Of a DNA stretch of 64,000 nt, positions 13,506 to 27,388 are shown one piece after another (position 1 is the stretch's first letter; the number at the start of each line of letters is the position of its first letter). The stretch is from Paramecium tetraurelia (taxonomy: Eukaryota): contig CT868318.1 of the NCBI GenBank assembly GCA_000165425.1, positions 124,001 to 188,000 on the forward strand. The letters run 5' to 3'. The translations under genes and the position numbers were made by a program. Under the pieces are notes generated by a model that worked only from the letters and a program-made list of their open reading frames with translations, had not been told where the DNA came from and searched no databases.

Positions 13506-16500
13506 TCAGAAATCCAAATGAAGATCTTCTGCTACTTCATACTATCTATGCTAACTTGACTTTAGATTTCTTTTCTATGGTTATTATTGTTTTTTCTTCT
13601 TTAAATCCTCTAAGACTTATTTCTCATAATAATTTGGAATATGTTGAAGATATATTTCTTCTTTTAATCTCAAATATCGTTCATCTTTCTCTTTATTTAA
13701 TGCAGTTTTAGGAGCGAAGGTATTATATGCATTTCCAATAAAATTAATATTATTCTACTAGTAGTTAGTAGGTGTTCCTTAATTTTTAATCTAGCTTTGC
13801 TGATGGACAATATTGTGAGGATTTGAAGACTTTGATGGTCTTTTAGGTATTTCTGATCGTTATTAATTGATTCCAATTACATTCGAATTCTTCTTTTTAG
13901 GGATGAATTAATATTAATTTCCTATTTAAGGATTTCTGGAATTTGGTTGATCTTGAATTGTTTTATGAAGTTATTATGGATTATTATAAGAATGTCGAAC
14001 ACTAATACTTTTGGATGATATCTTTTATTAAAACATTTCTTTGGGATCATTCATATCAAATTATCTCAAGTAATCAGTATTTTAATAGTCATTTTAGTCA
14101 ACTATTTTTTCCTCTGCAAATTCTACGGAATCACTTTTGAGTCTTTAGTCTCTGTGAAGTTCAAATTCATGATCTAGATCGTCTAACTATAAAAATATTT
14201 GCTTTTTATTTTTATTTCCATCTTTTCTTCTAGAAATCTCATCGTCATCATTCTCAAAATCAATAAGATCAACTGATTATTAATCCTCATTTTGATGATC
14301 TAACATCTTTTATTACTACTCTTCTAATTATTTAAGTCTTAATTCCTCCTCCTCTTATAACATTTTAAGCCTTTACTATTCTTCTTATTCCAATAATTAG
14401 ATTCTTTTTTATTCCTCCTCCTACTATTTCTTTTTAAACTCTTCCTCCTTCTTTAATAATAATAATTATAATTCTTCTTGCTGTCTGATTTCTTCCTCCT
14501 ATTTCAGCCTTAATTCTTCTTCTTGTTATTTAAGTAATAGCTCTTCCTACAATCTTTACTTTTCCTTCTCCTATTGTATTCTTAACTCCTGTTGTTCTTT
14601 TTCTTTTCTAATTTATTCTTCTAGCTGTTTTTGTAATTCTAATTCTTTTTATTTGAAAATTCTCAATTCCTCTTCTAATTTTAATTACTCGAGTCTTTCC
14701 ATTTCAGCCTTGTTTTTTTTCTCAATTTCTAATTTTTCCAATTCTTATTCTCTTAATAATTTCTCTTGTAATTAGAGTTAAAACTTAATTTTTTCTTACT
14801 TTTCTTTTTCTAATTCCTACTTTAATTCAAATTCTCTTTGCTCTTAAAGTGCTCTTTATCTTTGTTATTCTTCCAATTAAGATGCCCATAACCTTTCTTT
14901 TTCTTCCTTCTCTAATAAAATTTCTCTTTCTCTTCTTTAAGTTTCCTTTAGTATTCCTTCAGCCTTGATTCTTTCAGCCTCTTCTAGTTATTTCTTTTCA
15001 TCTTCAATTCTTTATTTCTCCAATTGTATTTATTATAATTGTTCCTGATACATTTCTTCCTTCTATTTTTGTTCCTGTCTTAATTACTATAATTTCAACT
15101 CTTCTTCTTTTTGAATTCTTAACTTTTCTTCTTCTAATTTTTAATTTAGTATATCTTCATCTTAAACTTAAATAGATTTATCAAAATCAATCTTATCAAT
15201 AACGATTTCAATTGTTTTGTTTTTTTTAAATCGACTACTTTTATTAGCATTATTCTAAGGAGTATTCAATTAATTGTTTTTTAAATTTAGATTATTACAT
15301 TCTAACTCTGATGAGAAATCTAAATCCTGTTGTGAATCAGTTTACAAAAACTTCGGTTGCAATTCTTCTGGATTTTGAAATTGTAATACTTTATAATCAT
15401 TAAAGAAATCTTTATCCTGAGATGTTTCATTCAAAGGATGTTAAAGTTATTCTTCAATGGAAGACAAATTGAGTGATTAATCATCTGGATTTTTAGTAAC
15501 CTTTTTGTTTTGAATAAAATCTTCAAAGTCCTTTCTTTGCTAACTAGTTTGCGAATCGTTGTTTTGAGTTCTGAAGAAGGGGCCATCCTCAGGAGCAACA
15601 CTATGTTTTTTACCAGGTATGATGACCTCAGAGTTATTCTTAATCAAAAAGGATTTCTTTTAATTATTCGTGGAAGTAATCTTTTACGGTTCTTCTATTT
15701 GTTAATTTTGAACTTCATCATTAAAATTGACTTCTCCCTATTCACCAGACTAATCTGCTGCCTGTTGCTCTGATTGTCCAGCAATGAAAGACTGTCCTAC
15801 AACGTAATTTAATGCTTAAAGTCCATTTTCTTTAAAGTAATCTTCGTTCTTCTAAGATTCCCAAATGATTGAAATAAAAATGATGAAAGTGACAATAATG
15901 CAATCAATGGTTGACACATACAACTAATCTTTCTCATCATAATTGTTTAATATTATTGCTGAAGCCACAATCACAGGCAGAGTGATTAAGAAAATGCTCA
16001 ATAAGGAAATTATATTGAAAATGAGAAATTTCTGGACATCCACAATGCAAGCTTTGAAGAAATAGAAGCCAAAGTACCTGGAGAAATAGATCTTATTAAT
16101 CTTAAACGTAGTTAGTAAACCTATGAAGGATATCAATGCATATGTTATTTTATTTACGTGTCTACTATTTAACCATTACTGGAAATAGGGATCGTTATAG
16201 ATTGTGCATCTAGATGATATCAAATGGATGAAATTGAGTAAATAATTAATTCCCAAAGCACCCATAATAATATAATTCTAGAGATTGAACAGTCCCCATT
16301 CAGAATAACTGAGGTATAATAATACACCCTGACTTCCCCATTCAAATAATCCTCCAATAGATGTGACAGCACCTGGAATAAAAGTCTCAGGTTTCGTGAT
16401 TCTGGCAACAATTACAGTGGTAATGAATACCAAAGTAAGGATAGTGCAGGGCATTGGAATGAACTTGTCTGTTTATATGCTTTGTAGAACTTACACTGTG

Positions 16501-19500
16501 GAATTACAAGCTTCATCACTTGAATCAATAGTGCAAAGAATACAAGTGCCAACAGATTCATAATAGCCAGTTGGACATGAAGATATACAGTTGCCATCGA
16601 AGTAAATCTTATTAACTTGGCTCTAAAGACAAGTAATGCAAGATGTAAGGCTTGAACATGTAAGACAAGGCGAGATACATTACTTACATTCGTTTGTAGT
16701 AGCATCTGCATAATAGCCATTGTCACAAGTACCAAGACATTTATTACCGCTGAGGTATGTTTCACTAAGACATGAGTAACAGGTGTCAGGTGTTGTCTTG
16801 CAAGATTTACAAGGTAGTCTACAAGAGATACACACTCCATTTTCAGGGACTTGATTATTTGGACACTCTGTATTGCATGAGTTGTTGTAATAGAATAAGA
16901 CGGGAATCTAATCGATGCAGCTTAAACAAGATGTACTTGAAGCACAGGTTTTACAAGGAGTTACACATTGTAAACATTTATTTGATACTTGATCTCCATA
17001 ATATCCCTCTTCACATTATTTCACGCATTGAGATTGTGCATTCAAATAGGTAGTGGAAACACAAGATAAACAATTGTCTGGAGATGTACCACATAATAAG
17101 CAGGGAGCTCTACATCCCACACATGTTTTATTCTCCTCAAATAAGTTGGTTGGACAAGATGATAAACATTGGTTGTTGTACTATATTAAATTATCCTTGC
17201 ATTTCACACAACTAATGCTATCCACACAAGTCAAGCATATGCTTAAACAAGAATGGCATTATTTATCCTATTGATAATACCCATCTTCGCATTTTGAAAC
17301 ACAAGTAGATTTGAATAAGTATAAATCATCCTTGCAAGTAAGACAACTCGTTTTATTCGAACAATTAACACATGGATCTTAACAAAGTTAGCATTGGTAT
17401 TATTGACTATCTTTGTAATAGCCATCTCCACAATCAGTGACACACATATCTCTCAATAAATAGGTGTTAGGATAGCATTCACTGCATGTATCAGGTGTAG
17501 TTGTACATTGCTTACAAGGATTCCTACATTGTACGCATTGACCTTTTTCAGGAGCGTAATATTAAAGACAGGATGTGTTACAGGAATTATTGTAGTAGTA
17601 TAAAACAGGTATTTATGTTACACAACTTAAACATATTTAGTCTGACTTACAAGTTTTACAAGGAGCCTTGCATTACACACATTTGTTTGTATCGATGTCA
17701 CCATAAAATTCATCTGGACACTATCCCAAACATTGATAATTGTATAGGAATGTATTATTTACACAGCTGGTGCATCGATATTAATTGGACTCGCAAGTAT
17801 TACATGAGAAATTGCATTATTGACACTTACCACTTTAAGCAAAGTATTAATCTGGACATTTATTCAAACAATCATTTTAATAAAACAGCAAACCGTCAGC
17901 ACATGTATCACAAGCAGTTCCATTACTACAAGTTTTACATTTAGTTAGACAATCTGTGCATTATGATCCATTAAGATAGGTACCATCCTTGCATATAGAT
18001 ATACAAGTATTATTGTACAAATAATAATTGGTTTTACATGTGATACAAAATGATGTTTGGTTTTGGCAAGTTTAACAATTATTGGTGCATGTATCACATG
18101 TTTATTATTAGGTGTTGGTGATAGTAATGTTTGCAGGACAAGTATCGATGCATGATTATTAATACAAGTAGAAATTAGTACTGCATACTGTACAAGTGGT
18201 ACTATTAGAGCAAGTGTCACAATTATTTATGCAATTTTAACATACTTATTAGTTATTGTAGTAAGTCTTTGGACATGAATCTAAACATTTATTGTTTAAG
18301 AATTTATATGTTCCACTGCATTCCAAACAAAAAGAATTTACATCCTTGCATTTCTTACACTCTGTGTTGCATTTTTTACAGTTGTACTCCCCACTTGTAA
18401 CATAGTAACCATCCACACTATAACAATCAGTTACACAGCTATTCGAATCACTCATGAAATAAATCTTAGATGAAACCAAACTGCTTCTAGTGCTATCGTA
18501 ACAACTACTACATTTAGTTAGTATAGATGTATCGCAATCCTTACAGGGTAAATTACACTTATGAGTATAAGTTCCAAGTTAACCAGAATCCATTTAATAA
18601 TCCTAATTAATTTGTACATTGTATGTATTAATTGAAAAATAAGTACTAATAGTAGGTGTATTGGGGTTTAGTAAATTATTTATTTTAAATGAAAAAGTTA
18701 ATATTTTTGCTCCAGAATAACCAGATATAACAATGCTTTGAGAATTTATATTAATTGAGACATCACTCGGTAAATTTACAATATTTGATAAACTTGTGGG
18801 AGTTGTATCAGTTGATTGAAATACTTTTATATCTGTAGGGACATTTATAGTTATCTTAAAATTTTCACTTAGTTAATTATTGACCTCAAATGTAAATAAG
18901 TAATTATCCAATTGGTTTAAGTAACCATTCTCATATGCCTATGTAAATGTTCTGATAGTGTTTGTTTAAGTATTGGTTATAGTCAATGAATCTTTTAACT
19001 GACTCTGTTTTGTTAAATCATTTAATAAATTCTAAATCGTAGAAGCAGCAGATATTGTAACTGGTTTGAAAGATGAAGGATTAATTATTTGATTGACAGC
19101 AATCTTATAATCTGTAGTCTTGAGAATAGATGAACAGGAGTTGCAAAGCAATTGAATCTACAATTTTGAATTTGTAAAAGAGCAAGGTAGAGTTGTCTAC
19201 AAAGGAGCAATTGATTGACAAGATTATAGATCAATGGATAAATCACTTGGAATCTCAATTATGAGATATATTCCATTTATCTGGGTGACTTAAAAGTTGA
19301 TATTAAAAGTATAAGCATTTTTTACTCCGTTGGTCTAAGAAACCCTTGAAGAGAGAGTCAATGAAAAAGTGGACAAATATAACATTTAAATGCTGCCACC
19401 TTATCCACTATCTATTAATAAATTCTAATCATCATATGTTTTAATTGTAACTACATTACTAAAGAGTTATAGAGTGGTTGGATTAGAGATGTATGAAGTA

Positions 19501-21537
19501 ATTTTTAATTTGATATTATTGTTGCTGGCAATGCTTGTAGATGTAATGATTTTAATAGTATTGGTGGCTGTTGAAGTACATGTACTACTGACTCCATTTA
19601 TTGTACAACTAGTAGGATTACCACTCATTATAAAATCAGATGTAAACGTTACAACTATATATCCAAGAGCAGAAATTACATTAGTATTTATTAAATCTAT
19701 TTCATAGTTATCTACTATTCCAGTAATGTAATTATCTACTTTTATCGATATCGAATTTGTATCCAAAGACCCTGATGTAAACGAACTCATTTAAAATGTT
19801 GTATGCTAATCCACTAAAAAGTCTTCAGTACTCTTTGAATAGTAAGATTGCACTGTAAAGGTATTACTTATGTTAGCACTAAATTAATTTTTAATTTAAG
19901 TTATTTAAAATTTGATTTATGCAGATGCTGCAATATTAGTTGAATATAATGATGTAATTATTAGTTTCTAACTAGAGACACTATATTAAGCATCATAAGC
20001 TTATGAGTTTATTTAATAGTTTTGTATCTTGGTTATTTAGGTTAAATCAAATTAATTCGGAAACAAAATAGTTAAATATCCATCTGAAAAGAGAGGATTT
20101 GCTAACGTTATAACAAAATCATAGGCAGATAATTAATTGATTACTTTATTCAAAGCAACTATTGAGACTGAACTTATTGCACCATTTGATGCAGCTATAG
20201 TTAAGCTTGCTGTGCTTCTATCGATGATATACGATCCTCTATAAGTACTAATAGCAACTGTTGATGATGGCTTGATTGATGGAGGAGCAGCTACATTTAC
20301 AAATGTTAATAAAATATTAGAAAGAGTTGTAGAAAAATCCTTGGTTGATGTTATTGTGACTAATTAATCAGTAATTGTAAATCCTAATTGATTGATTGGG
20401 GAAGTAAAGAAATAGCTTCTTGAATCTCTTATTTAAATTAGAGTAGCAGAACTAATTTTTATTTCTTTAGGAATGGTAATTTAAATAGTATCCCCAGTTA
20501 GTATTTAACTATTTAGTTGAAATTACACATTTAACTTCTCTACTTAATTAACTATATTAGTCCATGTCATACTACTGAGTACAACAACATTAGGAACCCA
20601 TCCACTTATGGTTGATAATGAACATTCATCAATCAATTTATTATTTGAATTGTATGTTTATAAAATGAAACTTCCATCAGGCGTTGTTGATGATGGCGAA
20701 TTGACTCCATTAATCACTAGGGTAATCTAATATAATACAAATCATACATTTGATCCGGTGTGTCCAGTCCCTAAAGTTGACTTGATTTAAAAATTAGTTG
20801 AATCCTTTGTACATGTAGTACCTGCAATTAAGATATTATTTGCATAGACTGAACAGGTAATTGATCCTGGAATCATTTCTTTAGTAATCTTATCAATTTA
20901 CCAATAACGAGTATATTTGACCATCAGGTAACTCTATTTTACTTTAATATTTTACTTCTACAGCAAGAGCGTTCTTTACAAACATTTATAATGAAATGTC
21001 TGTGTTTGAACTATTTACTTTAAATTATTATCCATCACCTGAACAGGTCCCAACTCCTGGACTTACAGTTGGTTGAATTCCTCCATTAGGACACTATTCT
21101 AATAAAGTACTTGTAGAACTCATAATCGATATCTAAATGGGATTGTCGTATTTCCCACTGTAAGCTGGATTCAAAACAGATTTTAATTCAATTGAAAATG
21201 TAAATCCATCTGTATTATCGTAATCTAAAGATTTGTAATCTTTGACAAAGTAGCTGTTCAAAATAACTCTGGTGCTTGAAGCATAGTTACAACTTATTAA
21301 CACTGCTTATTCATTATAACACGTATAATCGCTATTGATGTTCCAAGGAAAATCAATTTGAATGTAATATGTTTGGTATAAATCAATGGGATGTGTTAAT
21401 GAATCCCCTGGCCTATTTATTTTAAATGAGTAATCTCCTTTCTAATTTATTTGTCCAGTTGTCTTCACTTCGCATGAGTAAAAGTTATCAACTCCTGAAA
21501 CAAGTTTTATTAATACAAGGAATATTTGAATTGTCAT
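13506..21537 (-). CDS. Giant receptor-like membrane protein (~2650 aa): signal peptide, S/T-rich beta-sandwich-like repeats, furin-like Cys-rich repeats, multi-TM segment, long E/K/R/Q-rich helical tail
   Basis: MTIQIFLVLIKLVSG signal-like start; repeats with NP.S.KP-type motifs (18.6-21.5 kb); CxxC/C..GYY furin-like repeats (16.5-18.6 kb); hydrophobic helices (15.8-16.5 kb); charged tail (14.3-15.15 kb). Ends ..EVAEDLHLDF*. Confidence 0.85.
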
Positions 21538-22256
21538 GTTCAAAATAATAATAATATTTATTTATAATCACAATCAAAATGATCATTATTTAGACTCCCC
21601 TTCTCCGTTTTTGTGGTTATGACAGTTTAACAAGAGATAGATAGGATCAAATGTTGAGAGAATTTATTGTCTTTAAAAAATTCAAAATAAATTAGCAATA
21701 ATCTTGAATTATTGAACTCATTTGTTTTTTTCAAATCAAAGACAATTATTTTATTTATTATAACAGCTCATTAAATTTCAGATTCTAGCAAAACATTTGT
21801 GATGATATCATAGAAGATTTTTTTATCATATATTCTAAATTATTTTTAATTAAAATGAAAAAAGATGATGAATTTCACAAAAAATTGGAATTTAATAGAA
21901 TTATTTAATAGAATCAAATTCTTTTATCTTGAAAAATATCAGAATACCTCTTAAATTTATTTTTATCCTTTAAATTCAATTGTTGAAAGGCTTCTTTACT
22001 TTTATTAAACTATCCTTAGTATAACTGATGTAGTAAAACATAAAATAATGTATATTTCACAATTTTATAATAATTCTTAAAAAGAAAATGGGTGATTTGA
22101 AATCTAAAAATGGATATTTCTAAAATCATAAATTATAAACATAAATCCTAATCTACAATAACTTATATCTAACTTAAAATTCATAATTATTTTCAAATAC
22201 AATTAATATAGAAATTGATCAATATTGCTACAAAAATGATTAAAACTTAAAATATA

Positions 22257-23021
22257 TCAAATTTTATTTTTTCTATAGAATAAAATCATATTACAAAAAT
22301 CTAGAAATGATAACTCTGGCCATTTTTTATCAATAAAATGAATTACTGTATTCTCTCGTATTTAATATAGTAAGAAATTGCTTAATCTAGTTTCACCAGA
22401 GGTTCTCAATAGAATGTCAGGGGAGTTAGTTACCATTAAATGTGAGCTTAATTACTAAAAGAACTCTTATTTGGTTAATCCTTTTGGCATTGATTAAATA
22501 GCTTTTTCTAATTCATTCGTGAAATTATAAGAGAAACAAATGTTGAGTCTAAGAAAAATTTAATTCACTCTTACTTGTATTAAGAATATTTAGAACTATA
22601 GGTTTCAAGCTCCAATAATTTGGATTTTAGTTCTTGATCTTATAAGATATCAAGATCTCCACAACATTTGACTCGAACTTGGTTTTAGTCTATAAAATTA
22701 AGATCATGTTGCAGATGGTGCATTTTTTATTTCATTAATTCCATGAGAAATTGCACTTCATCCCTTTATCTATTATAATTCTCAATGCTGAAAGCAAATA
22801 CGCTTATTTCTTTAATTCCCAATTTTTAACTCCATTCTAGTAAATTCAAGAAAGATTGATATCCTTAGATATGACCTTCAGTTGGCTCAATTCTCCTTTG
22901 TTTAGCATATCGTCTACATCTAACCTATAAAATACCGATTACCATCCATAATCACACCTACGTGGTTTGGGATATTACCTAGTTTTAATAGATGAATGAA
23001 GGAACTTTGTACAATATTCAT
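22257..23021 (-). CDS. DHDDS: cis-prenyltransferase (dehydrodolichyl diphosphate synthase, Rer2/DHDDS type; ~238 aa)
   Basis: IPNHVGVIMDGNR|RYAK, EGHIQG, VFAFSIENYNR, LNICFSY, PDILLRTSGETRLSNFLLYQ, WPELSF. Introns of 22 and 26 nt restore the frame. Confidence 0.93.
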
Positions 23022-23216
23022 TTATTATCGTAATTAAATTTCAATTTAATTTATATGGATTATTGGTTCACAACATAAATCTGTGTCATTATTGATTAAC
23101 CCAAATTACATAATTTTAGGTATATGATTGGATGTTGAAAATTGAGAATTTCAGAAAGGATGAGAAAAAGATTTCTAAATGAAAAGATAAATAACTAATA
23201 ATTATTAAATTATTTG

Positions 23217-23860
23217 TCATTAAATTTACTCCTGTTTTGGGTCTGATAACGATTCTGGTTCTCCTTATTACTATGATTATTCATTTGATTTATAAAATGC
23301 TCTATCTTTTACTAATTCTGGATGTTTGAGTTTGATGTGTTAATTAAGAGAACCTTCAGCTCTATGTAATTGATAAATTTTATCTAAAATACCCGTATTT
23401 TTTTTGGCAATTTTCAACTGGACAAGTAAAGTGTCTTTCTATTTCTTGGGCTGGTCTCCTCAATCTTTTCTTTCTCTCCTCTCCTGTTTCTTCCACATTT
23501 GAATTTAACTCCTGATTGCGACGCTAGAATTAAGGTAGTATTAAAAATTACTTCTAATTTGTTCAATTTATTGACTAGTTCATTCTTCTCATTCAAAAGT
23601 TCTTTTAACTAAAAATAAGTTCAAATTTTACTTGATTTGTTAAGACTACATTTGCAATGTATAATCTCAGGTACTCATTGTAGTATTCTAAATTTTGATC
23701 CTATTATGGGACTAAGATTTGAATATGAAAATACCTTATTGTTCATCCTATCCTCCAACATAATTTTAAAATCTCACAGGTTCATCACCCATCATAAATT
23801 TTGGATTCTCCCCATCAGATCTAATCGAATTGAAAAATAATATTACTTAGCATTACTCAT
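23217..23860 (-). CDS. Single C2H2 zinc-finger protein with a short coiled coil (putative transcription factor)
   Basis: Five tiny introns give ...EYLRLYIANVVLTNQLKELLNEKNEL...RKKRLRRPAQEIERHFTCPVENCQKKYGAEGSLNQHIKLKHP (C-x4-C-x12-H-x4-H). Confidence 0.85.
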
Positions 23861-23939
23861 ATTAATAATTTATTAAATATTTTTATTAATAATTTATATA
23901 ACATAAATAAAATAAATATTTAAGAGTCAAATAAAATCA

Positions 23940-25230
23940 TGTCTCGCACATAAAGATTGAAATGCAAATTTAATTTAGGACTAAATGTGTCTCCCTATAA
24001 AAAAATCACTTAATTTATAAAAGAAATAATTGAATGATGATTAAGAATTAAATTAACGGATATATGGATCTATTTAAACCAAGAAATAAATTGGAAATAC
24101 CACCTCAATCACACATATCACTAAAGCATGACCTAGTATAATGTATGTAGAACTTAATTAATGTGTAATAAATGAGAAAGAAAATGTGAAATATTTTGAA
24201 AAAGCCTAATAGAACAGAATTTTTAATATCATCTTTGGATTGCTTAATTAATACAGATTGCTAGTAGAGAGTAGAATAATATAATATTCTGATAATATCG
24301 CGACGTTTCTCGAATTCAATATTATTCTAATGAAAAATTTAATATACTATTAGAATTTGTTCTAAAATTATGTAATCTCTATAGAATATTTCATAATATT
24401 CCTTTTAATTTTTACCAAAAATAAGGATGTCAGATATTTGAAATGTATTATAAGTAACCTCAAATGTGAATTAAGTGTATATGGATCATTGATTAACTTG
24501 GATTTGATAATATTTTTCAATAAATTCTTGAAGCTTCATCATTACTAAATAATGCCATAGTAATATTATCATTTTGCAAGAGGATCAAAAATTAGCAGTG
24601 GAAATAAACTATTGTCAAGTTGTGGTGGTAGATAATGTGTCATCTTTACTTAAAAGAAAAATAGTATTGTAATTAGGGTTTTTAGAAGAAATAAATTGGA
24701 TTCAAATGGAATTAATCGGTTATTGATTTGAATAATAGAAAAAATGATTCATAATTATTTTTGGAAGGATGAAAGATTTTCAATGTTAATCTTGCCTAGG
24801 ACATTCTTTTGCTGTCAAAAAAGATGATATGGTGTCTTTTGTAACAAAACTAATCCTATTGTGAATATAAGTAATTCAAATAATAAATATTATCAAATTT
24901 TGGAGTGCAGATAAGCCACATGTATTCAAAAAGCATATAGTGAGAATCACATCGATGGGTTCTATGAATTTGGCAATAGCTAGAGAATTATTATTAAATC
25001 ATAAATTTTCAAAATTTTAAATTGGTTCCTGAACACAAATTAAATTTAGTAAGCCAAATTAATAAAAGAATTATAAACACATAAATAGAGAGCATTAAAT
25101 ATCTGCCCTGTTAAGTTTGATATGATGAAATCTTAATATTTTTGAGGTTTGGTGTAGAACAAAATAATTAAAGATCGATATGTTCAGGGAAAAATTATTG
25201 ATCAGGTGTTATTACCATCACATAACAAAT
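23940..25230 (+). pseudogene. Probable degenerate WD40-family gene
   Basis: Coding-like composition, but TGA stops in all three + frames that tiny introns do not obviously resolve. Fragments such as LLSSCGG and FQCQSCLGHSFAV resemble WD40 GH/SxG motifs. Confidence 0.35.
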
Positions 25231-25259
25231 TATATAATAAATATTAATTATCAATTCTT

Positions 25260-27238
25260 ATGATTCGTAGAGATTCTGGTGAAATGTAATAACATGCTTT
25301 TAGCCAACCCTATTTATGCAAGTCGACCAAAGAAATTCAAACATTCAGAAAAGAATATTATTTCTAAAAATTGCCTTCTTTAGATTCTCCTTAGTCGAAT
25401 AATTCTTGGTAAGTCAGGAAAGGAGGATCTGCTAAATGCATAGACACAGATAGAGTAAATTCAGCACTGAAATCACTTACACCTTAGCAGTAAAAGTAGA
25501 AAAAAAATTCAACAATATAAATTGAAGAGTCCACTTAATTTGATCTTGGTTCGAGTAGAAATTTTCAAAGATTATTTACTGTTAAGAATCATAACAAATC
25601 AACTACTGGCAGTGTAAAAATTCAGAGAGATGATAATACAAATACTATTACAAATCATGTTGTGTTGAGGAAATCACATTATCATTAGACCTAATAAATT
25701 TAATAATCATAATAATAGGCACAGTAATAATAATGTCCATTTTAATCTGGCAAATCCCTCAAAGACATCATATCATAATTCACAGATAAAAAGTATTAAT
25801 TTAATTTTATATAGGACAAAAAATGGAATAACACGTCATAGTGAATTTGAAAAAATGGAAGGATTGGACGACTACACCAAAGAATTAGGCTCCATTCTAA
25901 ATGACGATAATCTAATTGGACCAATTCTAAGAGATGTTAGTGAAATGAAAGGAGTTGTTAAATCACTAATAGATTTAAGCAATGGTAATAAACTGTCTTA
26001 TAATTTTGAAACCTTAAAACAATTGCACTCAACTCTAAAGATCACCGATCAAATGTTCAATCGATTCAAATATCTCTATCTTAAATACTTAATTTAATTG
26101 AAAGTTAAAATCGATACGGTCTTTAAGTGTGCTTAAGCAGTTGAGTTCTACAGAGGAGCTATCGTCTCTGAGGTAATTTCATTGTATTATCCATTAGTCT
26201 CGTTCTGTATAACATGTGAAAGATAACGTCAGGTCTATTGCCAAAAATATGTATAGTCAGATATTTGAAGACTTTTCTCTGAGTCCATTATTCAAAGGAA
26301 CAAAATAAGAAGAATAAGCATTGAAATTCAGTAGGATCTTTGGGTTTATTTTGGGATCAGCTGAATCTACAAATTATGTTATGGACTCCATGAGAGATTT
26401 TCATAAGAGTTTTGAAATTACATCAGTATAATATTCGATCTTTAAATACTATTTATCAGGTTCATTATCAAAACACACTCAAAAGGAAGTTATTTGGTAT
26501 GTTTTAGAGTAGACTGATGCTTATAAAGCAGCTGTCATTAATTAAGATAGTATTAAAGATTTAGTCTACAAGCAATAAGGATTTGATAATTTTACTAATG
26601 AATTTCTAAAATTATGTTAACAAGATTAATTTATCTTTAAGAACTTTATTCATAAAGTTGGATTTGATTAGTTTGTAGAACACACTAAGTACTTTTTACA
26701 TTATGCTTTTAATAAATAAAATAACTGTTTTACATTAGATGATCTGCAATCATTTCATTGTTAACATTCAATCAATATTAATTTATACTAAAGTATCAAA
26801 GATAAAATGATGCTCTTACTATCCAAATTGAATCCACAGAGAGTTATATTTTAAGACTTTGAAGAAGAATTCGATTTGATACTGCCATACATAACAAATT
26901 AAAAATTACCTTGCGATATTGTAGGTGAGAGATTGTGTGAATTTATCCCTATCGTTTCGGATGAGTTGAAATCAAATGTAGAAATTAAGAACATCTTTGA
27001 TAGCAATGATGTAAATGTGAATAAAGTTGTTTTAAAGAAATTTGAATATTTATTATCAGGTAGAAAATATTTTAAGAGATCTGATATCCAAGCAATTCAC
27101 TCAAGACTCAAGATAAGTGAACATATATTTGAAAGGTTTGTCCATCTTATCGAAAAAGCCATAAGGCAATATGATACTTCATTAATGTGGATGATCGATG
27201 CAATAAAGCTTTGGAAATATATTATCATCACAGTTTGA
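25260..27238 (+). CDS. Multi-domain truncated (2/2, group I-like) haemoglobin: disordered N-terminus plus four tandem globin domains (~643 aa)
   Basis: Introns 25794-25815 (22 nt) and ~26173-26197 (25 nt). Four ~115-aa units each carry the L..(L/F/I)H..(L/F).I(T/S)...(F/Y)..F-type F/G-helix pattern: LKQLHSTLKITDQMFNRF, MRDFHKSFEITSVQYSIF, LQSFHCQHSININLYQSI, IQAIHSRLKISEHIFERF. Unit 2 also has MYSQIFEDFSLSPLF. Confidence 0.8.
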
Positions 27239-27388
27239 ACATAAAATTTTTTATGTTTTTAATTATAAGTTACAATTTTAATTTAAAATGCTGATTTAAT
27301 TTAAGATTTCAAAATAGGTGTGTTTTATTATAGTAATTTAAACTTTAATTTCAGATAATTAATAATAAGTGTTATTAATAATAAACAT

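Noticed and set aside
14300..15150. ttc/ctt-rich low-complexity tract as a satellite or CRISPR-like array
   Set aside because: It is Glu/Lys/Gln codon bias of the - strand CDS; there is no fixed repeat-spacer structure.
16363..17944. Several overlapping + strand ORFs in the supplied track
   Set aside because: They are antisense or off-frame shadows of the furin-like Cys repeats of the - strand gene.
21540..22250. Long AT-rich gap (similar gaps at 7490-8160 and 52650-53060)
   Set aside because: No convincing ORF, RNA-gene motif, terminal inverted repeat or telomeric repeat was seen; treated as intergenic.
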